Origin: Acidobacteriota bacterium
Lineage (GTDB): Bacteria; Acidobacteriota; UBA6911; RPQK01; JAJDTT01
Length of the DNA stretch: 64,000 bases
Assembly: GCA_965217775.1 (NCBI GenBank)
Contig: CBDCJH010000002.1
Location: 1,248,001-1,312,000 of the forward strand
Direction: 5' to 3'
In this document: piece by piece, positions 45,917-55,201 of the stretch
Layout: every line of letters begins with the position of its first letter
How positions within the stretch are numbered: the stretch's first letter is position 1
The notes under the pieces: model-generated
The model's database searches: none
The model's input: only the letters and a program-made list of their open reading frames with translations
Told to the model about the DNA's origin: nothing
Program-made: the position numbers and the translations under genes

Positions 45917-46986
45917 TGGATGGGGTGGGGAACTCCACTCTCCACGTCGTCGAGCTCCGCGGAAACAGCCGGCAGCGAGGGCTCCAGCACGGCCGCCAGT
46001 TGAGGGATCCGATCCAGGCGGCGGTGGACTTCTATCGTCACTTCTTCCGGGAACATCTGGGAATGAGCGCCGAGGGCATGGCCCGCCGCGCCTCGGCCTT
46101 TCTGGAACCAACGGCACAGCTCAATCCGCTCCTGATGGATGAATACGAGGGCATCGCCGAAGGGTCCGGCCAACGGCTGGAGGACATCCTGGCCTTGACG
46201 GCGCGTTACGAGATCACCTTCGAGCAGGTCGCCCTGGGGGACTGTTCCAATCTGTTCGTGGGTCCGGGACGTTCGCAGAACGGGAACACGCTGCTGGGAC
46301 AGAGCTGGGACTGGCGGCCCGAGGTGATGGACTTCCGGGCCGTCCTGATCTCCCGTTGCGACGACCAGCCGGATCACGTCATGGTGACCGAGTGCGGTCA
46401 GCCCGGAAAGTACGGCTTCAACCAGGAGGGACTCGGGGTTGTGTCGGCCGGTCTACGCTGCCGGGAGAAGGCTGCCACGGGCCGGCAGCTCTTCACGGTA
46501 CTGGGAAGAACTATCCTGGCCCAGGCGGGCTTCGACCAGGCCTGCCGGGTCCTGGAGGAGAATGCGCCGCTCGCGACGGTCAACGTCCTGGTGGCCGACG
46601 AGCAGGGCAGGGCAGCGGATTTCGAGGCGGCACCGGGAGGCATCTGCCGTCATGATCTGGGGCGGGACGAGGTCTACTGGCACACGAATCATTGCCGGCA
46701 CGTCCCGGAGCCCAACCACTTCGAGAACAGCCGCGTTCGTGGTCTGCGCTGGGAGAGACTGACCGGGACTCAAGACCCCGTGGGATCCGAGACCGTCCAG
46801 GGTTGGCTGGCCGATCGAAGCGACGGAGGGAACTCCATCAGCCAGCATGCCGATCCCGCCCAGGCCCACACCGCCAGTTGGCTCCAGACCCTCTGCTCCG
46901 TCGCCCTGGACCTGAACCAGCGTCGGCTCTGGGTCAGCGACGGCCCCGCCTCAATGAGTTCCTACCGGGAGATCGGGTTAATTTGA
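45916..46986 (+). CDS. C45 family Ntn-hydrolase/acyltransferase
   Basis: RGLQHG, EGIAEG, ARYE, D-CS nucleophile site, GQSWDW, GFNQEG, HTNH. Confidence 0.85.
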   Translation: MDGVGNSTLHVVELRGNSRQRGLQHGRQLRDPIQAAVDFYRHFFREHLGMSAEGMARRASAFLEPTAQLNPLLMDEYEGIAEGSGQRLEDILALTARYEITFEQVALGDCSNLFVGPGRSQNGNTLLGQSWDWRPEVMDFRAVLISRCDDQPDHVMVTECGQPGKYGFNQEGLGVVSAGLRCREKAATGRQLFTVLGRTILAQAGFDQACRVLEENAPLATVNVLVADEQGRAADFEAAPGGICRHDLGRDEVYWHTNHCRHVPEPNHFENSRVRGLRWERLTGTQDPVGSETVQGWLADRSDGGNSISQHADPAQAHTASWLQTLCSVALDLNQRRLWVSDGPASMSSYREIGLI

Positions 46987-47045
46987 GGGTGTACTGCCGA
47001 CTCCCGCAATTTGCCCGTGAGATCTTTGGGCCATGCTGGCCAATT

Positions 47046-47082
47046 TGTAGGAACTACACGCGGAATCACGTTAAAATACGTG
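47046..47082 (+). promoter_or_regulatory. Putative TA operator/promoter
   Basis: Palindromes TGTAG-gaa-CTACA and CACGT-TAAAAT-ACGTG, the latter enclosing a -10-like hexamer, upstream of the antitoxin. Confidence 0.45.
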
Positions 47083-47102
47083 GCAAATAACGAGGTATTC
47101 GA

Positions 47103-47453
47103 ATGGTATTCCAGGATTTCGTGGAAGATCAAGTGTTTTCTCCGACTCTCATCGCGGCCACGCTTCGGACGACGAAGACCGAAATTGCGGGTACGTTGGG
47201 CCTTGGAAAGGACGCCTTCTCCCGTAAATCGCGGATCCGTGCACGAAAGACCCAGGTTCGTTTGCGTCAGATGCTGGAGATTCTGAACCGGGTCGAGGCG
47301 GAGACCGGCTCCACTCTCGCTGCCTATGCCTGGTTCCGCGCCGAACCGCTGCCGGGCTTCGGCGGCGCCACGCCGGATCTGTTGCTGCGGGAAGGCAAGG
47401 CCGATCATGTCCATGCCTATCTTGATCGGATCATGGCGGGGGGATATGCCTGA
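47103..47453 (+). CDS. Xre/MbcA/ParS-like antitoxin (DUF2384)
   Basis: AYAWFRAEPLPGFGGATPDLLLREG..IMAGGYA; precedes a RES toxin. Confidence 0.85.
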   Translation: MVFQDFVEDQVFSPTLIAATLRTTKTEIAGTLGLGKDAFSRKSRIRARKTQVRLRQMLEILNRVEAETGSTLAAYAWFRAEPLPGFGGATPDLLLREGKADHVHAYLDRIMAGGYA

Positions 47454-47468
47454 TTCCATCCTCATGTA

Positions 47469-47978
47469 ATGCGATTTCGAGGAGTGGTTTACCGGGCGCA
47501 CAATCCCCAATGGTCCTGGAAGTCGCTCTCCGGCGAAGGAGCACGCCGCCACGGGGGACGATTCAACCGGCGCGGCGTTCCCACCCTCTATACTTCGCTT
47601 TCACCTCTGACTGCCATACGGGAGGCGCAGCCATTGGGCCGGCGCATGCAACCATTGACGCTCTGCGCCTACGAGGTCGATGTCGAGCCGGTATTCGATT
47701 CACTGGATGGGGCCCGAAGGGCCGCGCTTCAGGTGCACGATCACGAACTTGTGTGCCGTTCGTGGGAGGCTGAAATGCTCGAAGGTTCGCTGCCGTCCTC
47801 GCAAGCTCTGGCTGATCGCCTAATTTCCGCGGGCTATGTTGGGATGCTGGGCCGGAGCTTCGCCGTGGGGGCCGAGCCTGAGGATACCAATCTTGTACTC
47901 TGGAAATGGAGTTCCCAACGGCCGGGCCGTGTCATTCTGATCGACGATGAACGTCGTCTTTCGAGCGGCTCGCGTTGA
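47469..47978 (+). CDS. RES domain toxin
   Basis: YRAH, SGEGA..GGRFN..LYTS..AIRE, GRSFA, NLVLW. Confidence 0.88.
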   Translation: MRFRGVVYRAHNPQWSWKSLSGEGARRHGGRFNRRGVPTLYTSLSPLTAIREAQPLGRRMQPLTLCAYEVDVEPVFDSLDGARRAALQVHDHELVCRSWEAEMLEGSLPSSQALADRLISAGYVGMLGRSFAVGAEPEDTNLVLWKWSSQRPGRVILIDDERRLSSGSR

Positions 47979-48003
47979 AGAGGTTCGGGTCGACAAAAGT
48001 CAT
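47968..48003 (-). pseudogene. 5' remnant of a PIN/VapC toxin
   Basis: ATGA overlap with the antitoxin stop, reading MTFVDPNLF (cf. VapC MIFVDTNVF) and then running into the convergent RES gene. Confidence 0.5.
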
Positions 48004-48272
48004 GGTCCGTTGAGACCGCGGACCTTGGATTCCTCGATCATCCGTTTGTGTTCTGGCCAATCGGGCTCTTGGTTACCCTTTTCCCGGGTATCGCACTCGG
48101 CATTGAACCGTCGCAGATCCTCAAGCGCGAATGGTCCTGACCCCGTGGCGGCTGCTAGCTTCTCCTCTGCAGCTTCCCTTAGCCACGCGCTGAGGGATTT
48201 CTTCTCCCGCCGGGCTTGACGACGATAGCGGGCCATGTTCGGCTCAGTCACGACGAAATCGATTCGTGCCAT
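48000..48272 (-). CDS. Ribbon-helix-helix-type antitoxin-like protein
   Basis: Small protein with ARREKKSLSAWLREAAEEKL and an acidic C-terminal part. Confidence 0.65.
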   Translation of the reverse strand: MARIDFVVTEPNMARYRRQARREKKSLSAWLREAAEEKLAAATGSGPFALEDLRRFNAECDTREKGNQEPDWPEHKRMIEESKVRGLNGP

Positions 48273-48453
48273 GGTTTTCCTGATTGCCTAATATACGGCA
48301 TTGGTGCTCTATAGCTGCACCAACCGATAATGGCTCCGGAACCCACCAGGCTGAAGTCCTTCCGTAGTCGATGGGCGGCCTTGGCACACAACGGAAACGG
48401 GTTTCGTAAAACTGCTATACTCGCTTCTTAAACGGGGCAGAACGTATGTCAGT

Positions 48454-51400
48454 ATGAGTGGGTTTCAGGCAAGGAACTCGTCGCGGCGAGGCGAGGCCGC
48501 CAGGTTTCCACGGGGTCGGCTTTTGGGTGGAGCCGTTTGGCTGCTGGCGTTGGTCTTGACGGTCAGCATTCCAGACCTTTTGGCCACTCAGGAAGACCCC
48601 GCACCCGATTTTGAGACCCACATTTATCCCCTCTTCGAAGCCAATTGCCTGTCCTGCCACGGAGCCTCTCAGCCACAGCGCGATCTGGATCTTCGAACCC
48701 GCGAAAGCACCCTGGAGGGCGGGAAATCCGGTCCTGCCCTGGTGCCCGGTTCACCTTTGGAGAGCTTGCTGCTGGAGAAGCTCAACTCCGGGGCCATGCC
48801 GCTGGGAGGCGATCGGTTGAGTGACGACCAGATCGATCTCGTCCGGCGCTGGATAGAAGACGGGGCGCGCCGCGTGGAACGGGAGGCGGAGACTGCTGCC
48901 GTAGTGTCCGCTGAAGTGGTCGCCGGGCACGAGACGGTGACCACCATCCTCAACGTCAAGTGCCTCCTCTGCCACGGTCGCCGCAACCAGGAGGGGGGCC
49001 TGAACCTGCAGGCTCGGGCGAGTCTGCTCAATGGAGGCGTCTCGGGACCCGCGGTCGTACCCGGAAAACCGGATGAGAGCCTGCTCATTCAACGGATAGA
49101 AAACTCCGACATGCCCCCTGTGAAGGACCAAGCCAGGCTCTCGGTGCGCGCGGTGACTTCCGCGGAGTTGGAACGGCTGCGCGCCTGGATCTCCGCCGGC
49201 GCGCCCTACGATGAGAGGAAGCCGGTGCCGATGGTCGCTTCCGAGGACCCGGTCGTCAGCGCCTCGGACCGCATTTTCTGGTCGTTCCGCACGCCGGTTC
49301 GGCCTCCGGTCCCGAAGGTCCGACATCAGGATCGAGTTCGCACTCCCAGCGACGCCTTCCTGCTGGAGAAGCTGGAAGAGGAGGGCCACACGTTTTCTCC
49401 GGATGCTCCACCGTTGACCCTGATGCGGCGGGCCTACTTCGACGTGACGGGTCTGCCCCCGACGCCCGAAGCGGTCCAGGCTTACGAGGGCACGCCGGAA
49501 GCCTACGAAAAGTTGGTGGATGACCTCCTGGATTCTCCGGGATACGGCGAACATTGGGGCCGACGCTGGTTGGACGCCGCCGGTTATTCCGACTCGGAGG
49601 GACAGGTGTCGGCCGACGCGATCCGTCCCAACGCCTGGCGCTACCGCGATTACGTCATTCGCTCTCTCAACGCCGATAAACCTTACGACCAGTTCCTGCT
49701 GGAGCAGATCGCCGGCGACGAGCTGTTCGACTACAAGGCCGCGGAAGAGGTGACTCCCGCCCAGCGCGAGCTGCTGGTGGCGACGGGATTCATGCGCATG
49801 GGCCCGGACGGGACCTACAGCGTGTCGCAAGCCTTCGTTCCCGAGCGCCTGGAGGTGGTGGCGAGCCAAATCGAGATCCTCAGCTCCTCGGTGATGGGGA
49901 TCACCATGGCTTGCGCCCGCTGTCACGATCACAAGTACGATCCCATTCCCCAGCGCGACTACTATCGTTTCAGCGCCATCCTGCGCACGGCTTACGACCC
50001 TTACGATTGGCTCTCTCCCAGCGAGACTCCGGTGGGTCCGGAGGCGGACTGGAACGACACCAACATGCGCGTGCTGGTGGGAGCACCCGCGGAGGAGGTC
50101 CGGGAAGTCGAAGCGGCCAACGCTCCCGTTCTGCGTGAGGTCGAGGAAATCGAGCAGGCCTTCGAGGAGAAGGCGAAAGTCCTGCGTGAGACGCTCTTGA
50201 AGGAGAAGAGGGCCGCAATCCCGGAATTGATCCGGGAGGAGGTGATCGCGGCGGAACAGACACCCGTTCCGGAACGGACTCCAGTCCAGGAATATCTGGT
50301 AAAGCGTTTCCAGGACCAGTTGCGAATCCTCCCGGAGGAACTGGAGAAGCGGTTCCCACCCTTCCAGAAGGCGGCCAAGGAGAAATTGGAAGCCGTCAGC
50401 ATGATCAAGAAACGGCTCAAGGGGAACCCCCGGCTCCGAGCCCTCTTCGACATGGGCGGCCGGCCCACGGCGGTTCACGTCCTGGGCCGGGGGCAACACC
50501 AGAATCCATTGGAGCCTGTTGCTCCGGGAATCCCATCCGTTCTGGACGTGGGCCTTGAGCCCTATCGGCTGGAAAAGCCGAAGTGGACGACCGACACCAG
50601 CGGGCGCCGCTTGGCGTTGGCCAAATGGCTCGTCCAACCCCGGCACCCGCTCACCGCGCGGGTTCTGGTCAATCGCATCTGGCAGTACTATTTCGGCTCC
50701 GGTCTGGTGAAGACGGTGGGGAACTTTGGCCGGACCGGCTCCCCTCCATCGCATCCCGAGCTCCTCGACTGGCTGGCCACGGAGTTCGTCCGGAGCGGAT
50801 GGAGCATGAAGGCGCTGCACCGGATGATCCTGACCTCCACGGCGTACCGTCAGAGTTCCCGGCGGAATCCGGGGATCGACGGTGACCCCGACAACCGTCT
50901 GCTTTCCTACTTTCCCATGCGCCGGCTGGACGCCGACGCCGTCCGCGACTCCATCCTGAAGGTGTCCGGGCGGCTGGACGCGACACCGTTCGGACCTCCC
51001 GATCCCATCGAGGAGAAGCCGGACGGAGAAGTGGTGGCCAAGGAATCGAAGCAGGGGTACCGGAGGAGCATCTATCTGATGCAACGGCGTTCGACCCCGG
51101 TCACCATGCTGGACACCTTCGACGCCCCCCAGTTGCGGCCCAACTGCCTGGTGCGGAATCGTTCGACCGTCTCGTCTCAAGCCCTGCAGTTGATGAACAG
51201 CGAGACGGTCCGGGCCAGTTCCCGTTTCATGGCGGGAAGGGTGATCGATTCCGTCGGCCGGGATCCGGAGGCGCAGGTGGAGAGAGTCTATCTGGCAGCT
51301 ATGGGCCGTCCACCGTCGGCAGAAGAACTGGATTGGAGCAAGTCGACGCTGGCGGACATGACCGAGGAGTGGGAACGGCATCTGGACCAGGACCGGTCAC

Positions 51401-51492
51401 CCGAGCCGCGTCAGGGCAGGGCACAATGGCTGGCGCTGGGCACCTTCTGCCACACCCTGTTCAACACCGCAGAATTCCTCTACGTCGATTGA
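48454..51492 (+). CDS. PSD1/planctomycete cytochrome c protein (two PSCyt1 domains + DUF1549 + DUF1553)
   Basis: CLSCH, CLLCH, FWSF, GEHWGRRWLD, CARCHDHKYDP, ARVLVNRIW, HPELLDWLA, QALQLMN. Confidence 0.92.
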   Translation: MSGFQARNSSRRGEAARFPRGRLLGGAVWLLALVLTVSIPDLLATQEDPAPDFETHIYPLFEANCLSCHGASQPQRDLDLRTRESTLEGGKSGPALVPGSPLESLLLEKLNSGAMPLGGDRLSDDQIDLVRRWIEDGARRVEREAETAAVVSAEVVAGHETVTTILNVKCLLCHGRRNQEGGLNLQARASLLNGGVSGPAVVPGKPDESLLIQRIENSDMPPVKDQARLSVRAVTSAELERLRAWISAGAPYDERKPVPMVASEDPVVSASDRIFWSFRTPVRPPVPKVRHQDRVRTPSDAFLLEKLEEEGHTFSPDAPPLTLMRRAYFDVTGLPPTPEAVQAYEGTPEAYEKLVDDLLDSPGYGEHWGRRWLDAAGYSDSEGQVSADAIRPNAWRYRDYVIRSLNADKPYDQFLLEQIAGDELFDYKAAEEVTPAQRELLVATGFMRMGPDGTYSVSQAFVPERLEVVASQIEILSSSVMGITMACARCHDHKYDPIPQRDYYRFSAILRTAYDPYDWLSPSETPVGPEADWNDTNMRVLVGAPAEEVREVEAANAPVLREVEEIEQAFEEKAKVLRETLLKEKRAAIPELIREEVIAAEQTPVPERTPVQEYLVKRFQDQLRILPEELEKRFPPFQKAAKEKLEAVSMIKKRLKGNPRLRALFDMGGRPTAVHVLGRGQHQNPLEPVAPGIPSVLDVGLEPYRLEKPKWTTDTSGRRLALAKWLVQPRHPLTARVLVNRIWQYYFGSGLVKTVGNFGRTGSPPSHPELLDWLATEFVRSGWSMKALHRMILTSTAYRQSSRRNPGIDGDPDNRLLSYFPMRRLDADAVRDSILKVSGRLDATPFGPPDPIEEKPDGEVVAKESKQGYRRSIYLMQRRSTPVTMLDTFDAPQLRPNCLVRNRSTVSSQALQLMNSETVRASSRFMAGRVIDSVGRDPEAQVERVYLAAMGRPPSAEELDWSKSTLADMTEEWERHLDQDRSPEPRQGRAQWLALGTFCHTLFNTAEFLYVD

Positions 51493-51503
51493 GGAGCCTG
51501 AAG

Positions 51504-52985
51504 ATGCATAACCTGACCCGCATGAGTAACCGGACCCTGAACCTCCCAGGCTCAGAGCTGCCGCGGAGGACCTTCTTCTCCCGCGTCGGCGACGGGTTGC
51601 ACGGCGCCGCCCTGGCCTGGCTCCTGGGCCGGGACCTTGTTGGCGCCAAACCGGACGCGAGTAGAGTCCGGGACCGGGTCTACGATCTGCGTCCGCGCCA
51701 GCCCAACTTTGAGCCCAAGGCGACTTCCGTGATCCAGTTCTTCATGAACGGGGGACCCAGCCAAGTGGACCTGTTCGATCCCAAACCGGCATTGGAACGA
51801 TATGCGGGCAAGCCGCCGGGACGGGATCTGGCCAGCACCATCGAGTTCATCAACGAGGCGGGCGGATTCATGCCCTCCCCCTTCAAGTTCAAGCGGTACG
51901 GCCGGTCCGGCCTCCAACTGTCCAACATGATGCCGCACCTCGCGGAGCAGGTGGATGACATCGCGGTGATCCGCTCCATGTTCACCACCCACTTCAACCA
52001 TGAACCGTCCATCTTCCTGATGCAGAGCGGAAGGTCCTTCTCCAACCGCCCCAGTCTGGGATCCTGGGTCGTCTACGGGCTGGGCAGCGAGAACCGGAAC
52101 CTGCCGGCCTATGTGGTTCTGGACGATCCCAAGGGCCTGCCCATCAACCACATCCAGAACTGGCACTCGGGCTGGCTCCCGCCCGTGTACCAGGGCACTC
52201 GGGTCCGCACGAAGGGCACGCCGATACTGAACCTGAAAGCGGAGAACGAGTATCCGGGCCCGGTCCGCGACTTGGCCCGTTCCCTGCTGGGGCGGCTGGA
52301 CCGGTACCATCGGGACCAGCGCCCGCGGGAGGCGGAACTGCATGCCCGTATCACCAACTACGAGTTGGCGGCCCGTATGCAGTTGGCGGCCAGTGATGCG
52401 CTGGACATCTCCCAGGAAAGCGCCGCGACTCGGGAGATGTACGGTGTCGGCCAGGAAGAAACCGACTCGTATGGGCGGCGTTGCCTGATGGCCCGGCGTC
52501 TGGTGGAACGGGGCGTCCGGTTGGTCCAACTCTATATCGAGGGTCAGATCTGGGATACCCACCAGAATCTGCAGCAGATGCTGGGGTATGCCTGCAGCAA
52601 GACCGACAAACCGGTGGCCGCGTTGCTGGAGGACCTGAAGCAGCGGGGCCTGCTCGACTCGACGCTGCTGGTCTGGGGCGGGGAATTCGGCCGGCTGCCT
52701 CTGTCTCAGAGCCGGCAGGGGAACCTGGCGGGACGCGATCACGGACCGGCAGGCTTCTCGGTCTGGCTGGCCGGCGGAGGAGTCAAGGGCGGTACCGTCT
52801 ACGGCGCCACCGACGAGATCGGCTTCAGGGCGGTGGAGAACCGGGTCAGCGTCCACGATCTCCATGCCACCATCCTGCACCAGCTCGGGTTGGACCACCG
52901 GGACCTGGTCATGCTCCGCGAGGGCCGGAGCGAACGCCTCACCGACGAGTTTCCGGCCCGGGTAGTGAAGGAGATCCTGGCGTAG
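51504..52985 (+). CDS. DUF1501 domain-containing protein (Tat-like RRTFF)
   Basis: FMNGGPSQVDLFDPKP, ARRLVERGVR, WDTH, GEFGR, GRDH, VHDLHATILH. Confidence 0.92.
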   Translation: MHNLTRMSNRTLNLPGSELPRRTFFSRVGDGLHGAALAWLLGRDLVGAKPDASRVRDRVYDLRPRQPNFEPKATSVIQFFMNGGPSQVDLFDPKPALERYAGKPPGRDLASTIEFINEAGGFMPSPFKFKRYGRSGLQLSNMMPHLAEQVDDIAVIRSMFTTHFNHEPSIFLMQSGRSFSNRPSLGSWVVYGLGSENRNLPAYVVLDDPKGLPINHIQNWHSGWLPPVYQGTRVRTKGTPILNLKAENEYPGPVRDLARSLLGRLDRYHRDQRPREAELHARITNYELAARMQLAASDALDISQESAATREMYGVGQEETDSYGRRCLMARRLVERGVRLVQLYIEGQIWDTHQNLQQMLGYACSKTDKPVAALLEDLKQRGLLDSTLLVWGGEFGRLPLSQSRQGNLAGRDHGPAGFSVWLAGGGVKGGTVYGATDEIGFRAVENRVSVHDLHATILHQLGLDHRDLVMLREGRSERLTDEFPARVVKEILA

Positions 52986-53097
52986 CAGGCGGAACATACT
53001 CCGGGGATCCAATTGGAGGGTTCAAGCTACGAGGCCAGTCAGGCCGGTAATTGTCGATATCGGACCCGTTTCCTGATTTCGTGAGGAGCATTCGGCC

Positions 53098-53340
53098 ATG
53101 ATCGTCAAAATCACCGCGAAGCGCCAAATAACGCTGCCGGCTCGGGTCTTGGCGGCGTTGGGCGTAGGTCCGGGCGACGAGTTGGAATTGATTGAAGGCC
53201 ACGATAGGTTCACGTTAAAGCGCAGAGGCATCCAATATTCCCGCCTGGGTACACTGCGTAGCGAGATCTCACCTGGACATCCCCCGTTCGATATCAACAG
53301 GTTTCGAAGGCAACCGTCCGACCGAGTGTTTCGAGATTGA
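53098..53340 (+). CDS. AbrB/MazE/SpoVT family antitoxin
   Basis: VKITAKRQITLPARVLAALGVGPGDEL; GAGGAG RBS. Confidence 0.85.
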   Translation: MIVKITAKRQITLPARVLAALGVGPGDELELIEGHDRFTLKRRGIQYSRLGTLRSEISPGHPPFDINRFRRQPSDRVFRD

Positions 53341-53360
53341 TACCTTCGTCCTGATTGTTT
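53316..53360 (+). pseudogene. Possible decayed 5' end of a PIN toxin
   Basis: The frame overlapping the AbrB end reads FEIDTFVLI (cf. PIN xxDTSVL); no start codon and no continuation. Confidence 0.35.
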
Positions 53361-53502
53361 TGCCTGCCTGAGACCGGGAACCGGAATACGAATGCAGATT
53401 CCGGAGATCGGATGTCCTGTGCGATCAGTTGTCGTCTTGTAATCTAACGAATGATCGCATAACATTCGCCATTTTGACGCAATATCCAAAACGAAGATAG
53501 CG

Positions 53503-53967
53503 ATGGACCTCCAAGCCTACGCCCACCCGGGAGAGTTACCTGCGAGCGCAGCTACTCGAGTTGCGAGACTCTTGGAGATTGACGGACCGGAAACGGTGAG
53601 TGACGTGCAGCTTGCGCGGCATATTGCCGATGGCCTGTTCCCGCACGCGGCCATGGCCCTGTCAGAGGTGCTTGGCAGGAACCGCATCGTGGGACCCGTC
53701 GTCCCGGAGGCGACGTTCAGGCGAGTGCGCAAGGCCGGGAAGATGCTGTCCAGGGACCATAGTGAAAGGCTCTATGACGTGGGGCGTGTCGTCGATGCAC
53801 TCGGCCGTGCCTACCGCGGGGACCAAGAGGCCATTAACGGGTTTCTGAACCGGCCGCACCCGCTTTTTGACGGCGAGACACCTTTCGATATGACGCGTTC
53901 CAGTTCGGCGGGTGCGGAAGCCGTTCTGAATCTCATTCGTCGGGCTGAGGCCGGAATCGCCCTCTGA
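53503..53967 (+). CDS. Xre/MbcA/ParS antitoxin (HTH + DUF2384)
   Basis: VPEATFRR..LSRDHSERL..FLNRPHPLFDGETP..AEAGIAL. Confidence 0.85.
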   Translation: MDLQAYAHPGELPASAATRVARLLEIDGPETVSDVQLARHIADGLFPHAAMALSEVLGRNRIVGPVVPEATFRRVRKAGKMLSRDHSERLYDVGRVVDALGRAYRGDQEAINGFLNRPHPLFDGETPFDMTRSSSAGAEAVLNLIRRAEAGIAL

Positions 53968-54308
53968 TGCATCCGGGCGAGCTGCCGGAAACGATGCGAG
54001 CGAATCGGATCGGCGACCCTGCGGGACTGTTTGCAGTATGGAGCGCGGAAGGCGCCAAGCGCGCTGAAGGCCGGTGGCATGAAGCGGGCGCCGAAGTGAT
54101 CTACGCATCGGAGAACTATTCGACGGCAATGCTGGAAGAGCTGGTGCATTGGAACGGGGCATTGCCGCCGAACCAACATTTCATCGAGATCACGATCCCC
54201 AGGGGAACCAGCTATGAAGTAAACACAGCGGATACGTTTCCTCACTGGTTCGAGCCGTGCGGGGAAGCGGCGCGGCGATTCGGTCGCGAATGGTACGGGA
54301 ACACGTGA
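53967..54308 (+). pseudogene. RES toxin, C-terminally truncated
   Basis: SAEGA..EGRWH..IYASENYSTAMLE present; ends at FGREWY before the VPS and N motifs. Confidence 0.7.
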
Positions 54309-54666
54309 CGACGGATCTGGAATACTATGAGGAACATTCTGAAAACATGGAACTCTGGTCCCCGGGCAACTACCTGTTCACTCCGCCGGGGTTCATACCG
54401 TGAACGGACTAACCATCAGTCCGCAAGACGTTGACGGACATTCTGGATGCTTGATCAGAAGCGGCCATAAACGAGAATGTTCGTCGAACGCATCGACGGG
54501 CAATTCCGTTCGACCGTATATTGCGCCGGATAGCGTGCGGACAAGACGAGATAACTTTGGGCACCGAAGACTCCGCTGACACGGGAGACCACTTCATACT
54601 AAGAGTGGCCGTGAACTCCAGATCGGAACGCCCCGGATGATGAGACCCTCTCCAACGCTGCGGAGG

Positions 54667-55047
54667 TCAGAGTGACTTTGTGTCCTTGAGTTCCAGATAG
54701 AGGTCCCCATTGCTGGCTTCGATGATCTTGCCACCAATATGGAGCTCCGATTCGTCGCACCATAGAATGCTGAGGCGATCGGAGTCCGGGTCGGCCACGC
54801 ACATGACGCAGTAGCAGGTGGCTCCATACCGGATCATTTGGATGTGGTCTTCCCTTTCTTGATACGGAAAACTTTGCCTATCCGGAGCGTCGTAATCGAG
54901 AACCCGCACGACCTTCTTCCCAACTAGGATCTTCACGTCATGTTGCCACACACTAAGGTAGACGTCGCCGGATCGGGAGACGGCTCCCCACGTGTAGCGG
55001 TGTTTCAAGGGGGCTCCCAATCGCTGGAATAAGGAGTAACGAGACAT
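54667..55047 (-). CDS. Hypothetical protein divergent from GmrSD
   Basis: 126-aa ORF with AAAGG RBS-like sequence in the lower-GC island; LGAPL..WGAV..VYLSVWQ. Confidence 0.65.
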   Translation of the reverse strand: MSRYSLFQRLGAPLKHRYTWGAVSRSGDVYLSVWQHDVKILVGKKVVRVLDYDAPDRQSFPYQEREDHIQMIRYGATCYCVMCVADPDSDRLSILWCDESELHIGGKIIEASNGDLYLELKDTKSL

Positions 55048-55201
55048 GAGATTACCTTTCTGCTATTAAATTGATTCTCGCCGTCATCCTAGTATGTTAC
55101 CCTGACGCGAATGTTGAGGAGGCTGGCGCGGTTTCGCCTCGAGTCAAGCTCTATCCGCCTGTCGTAGAAATAGTCTCTGGTCCTTCGGAGAGGAAGAACT
55201 G

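Noticed and set aside
48454-52985. PSD1 cytochrome + DUF1501 pair as a novel system
   Set aside because: The function is unknown, but it is a very common, already noted gene pair in Planctomycetes, Verrucomicrobia and Acidobacteria; the only local peculiarity is the doubled N-terminal cytochrome domain.
54404-54440. Possible integron attC site next to the TA and defence genes
   Set aside because: Only a short hairpin (CGGACT..AGTCCG) is present, with no convincing R/L box pairing, no repeated sites and no integrase in the window.
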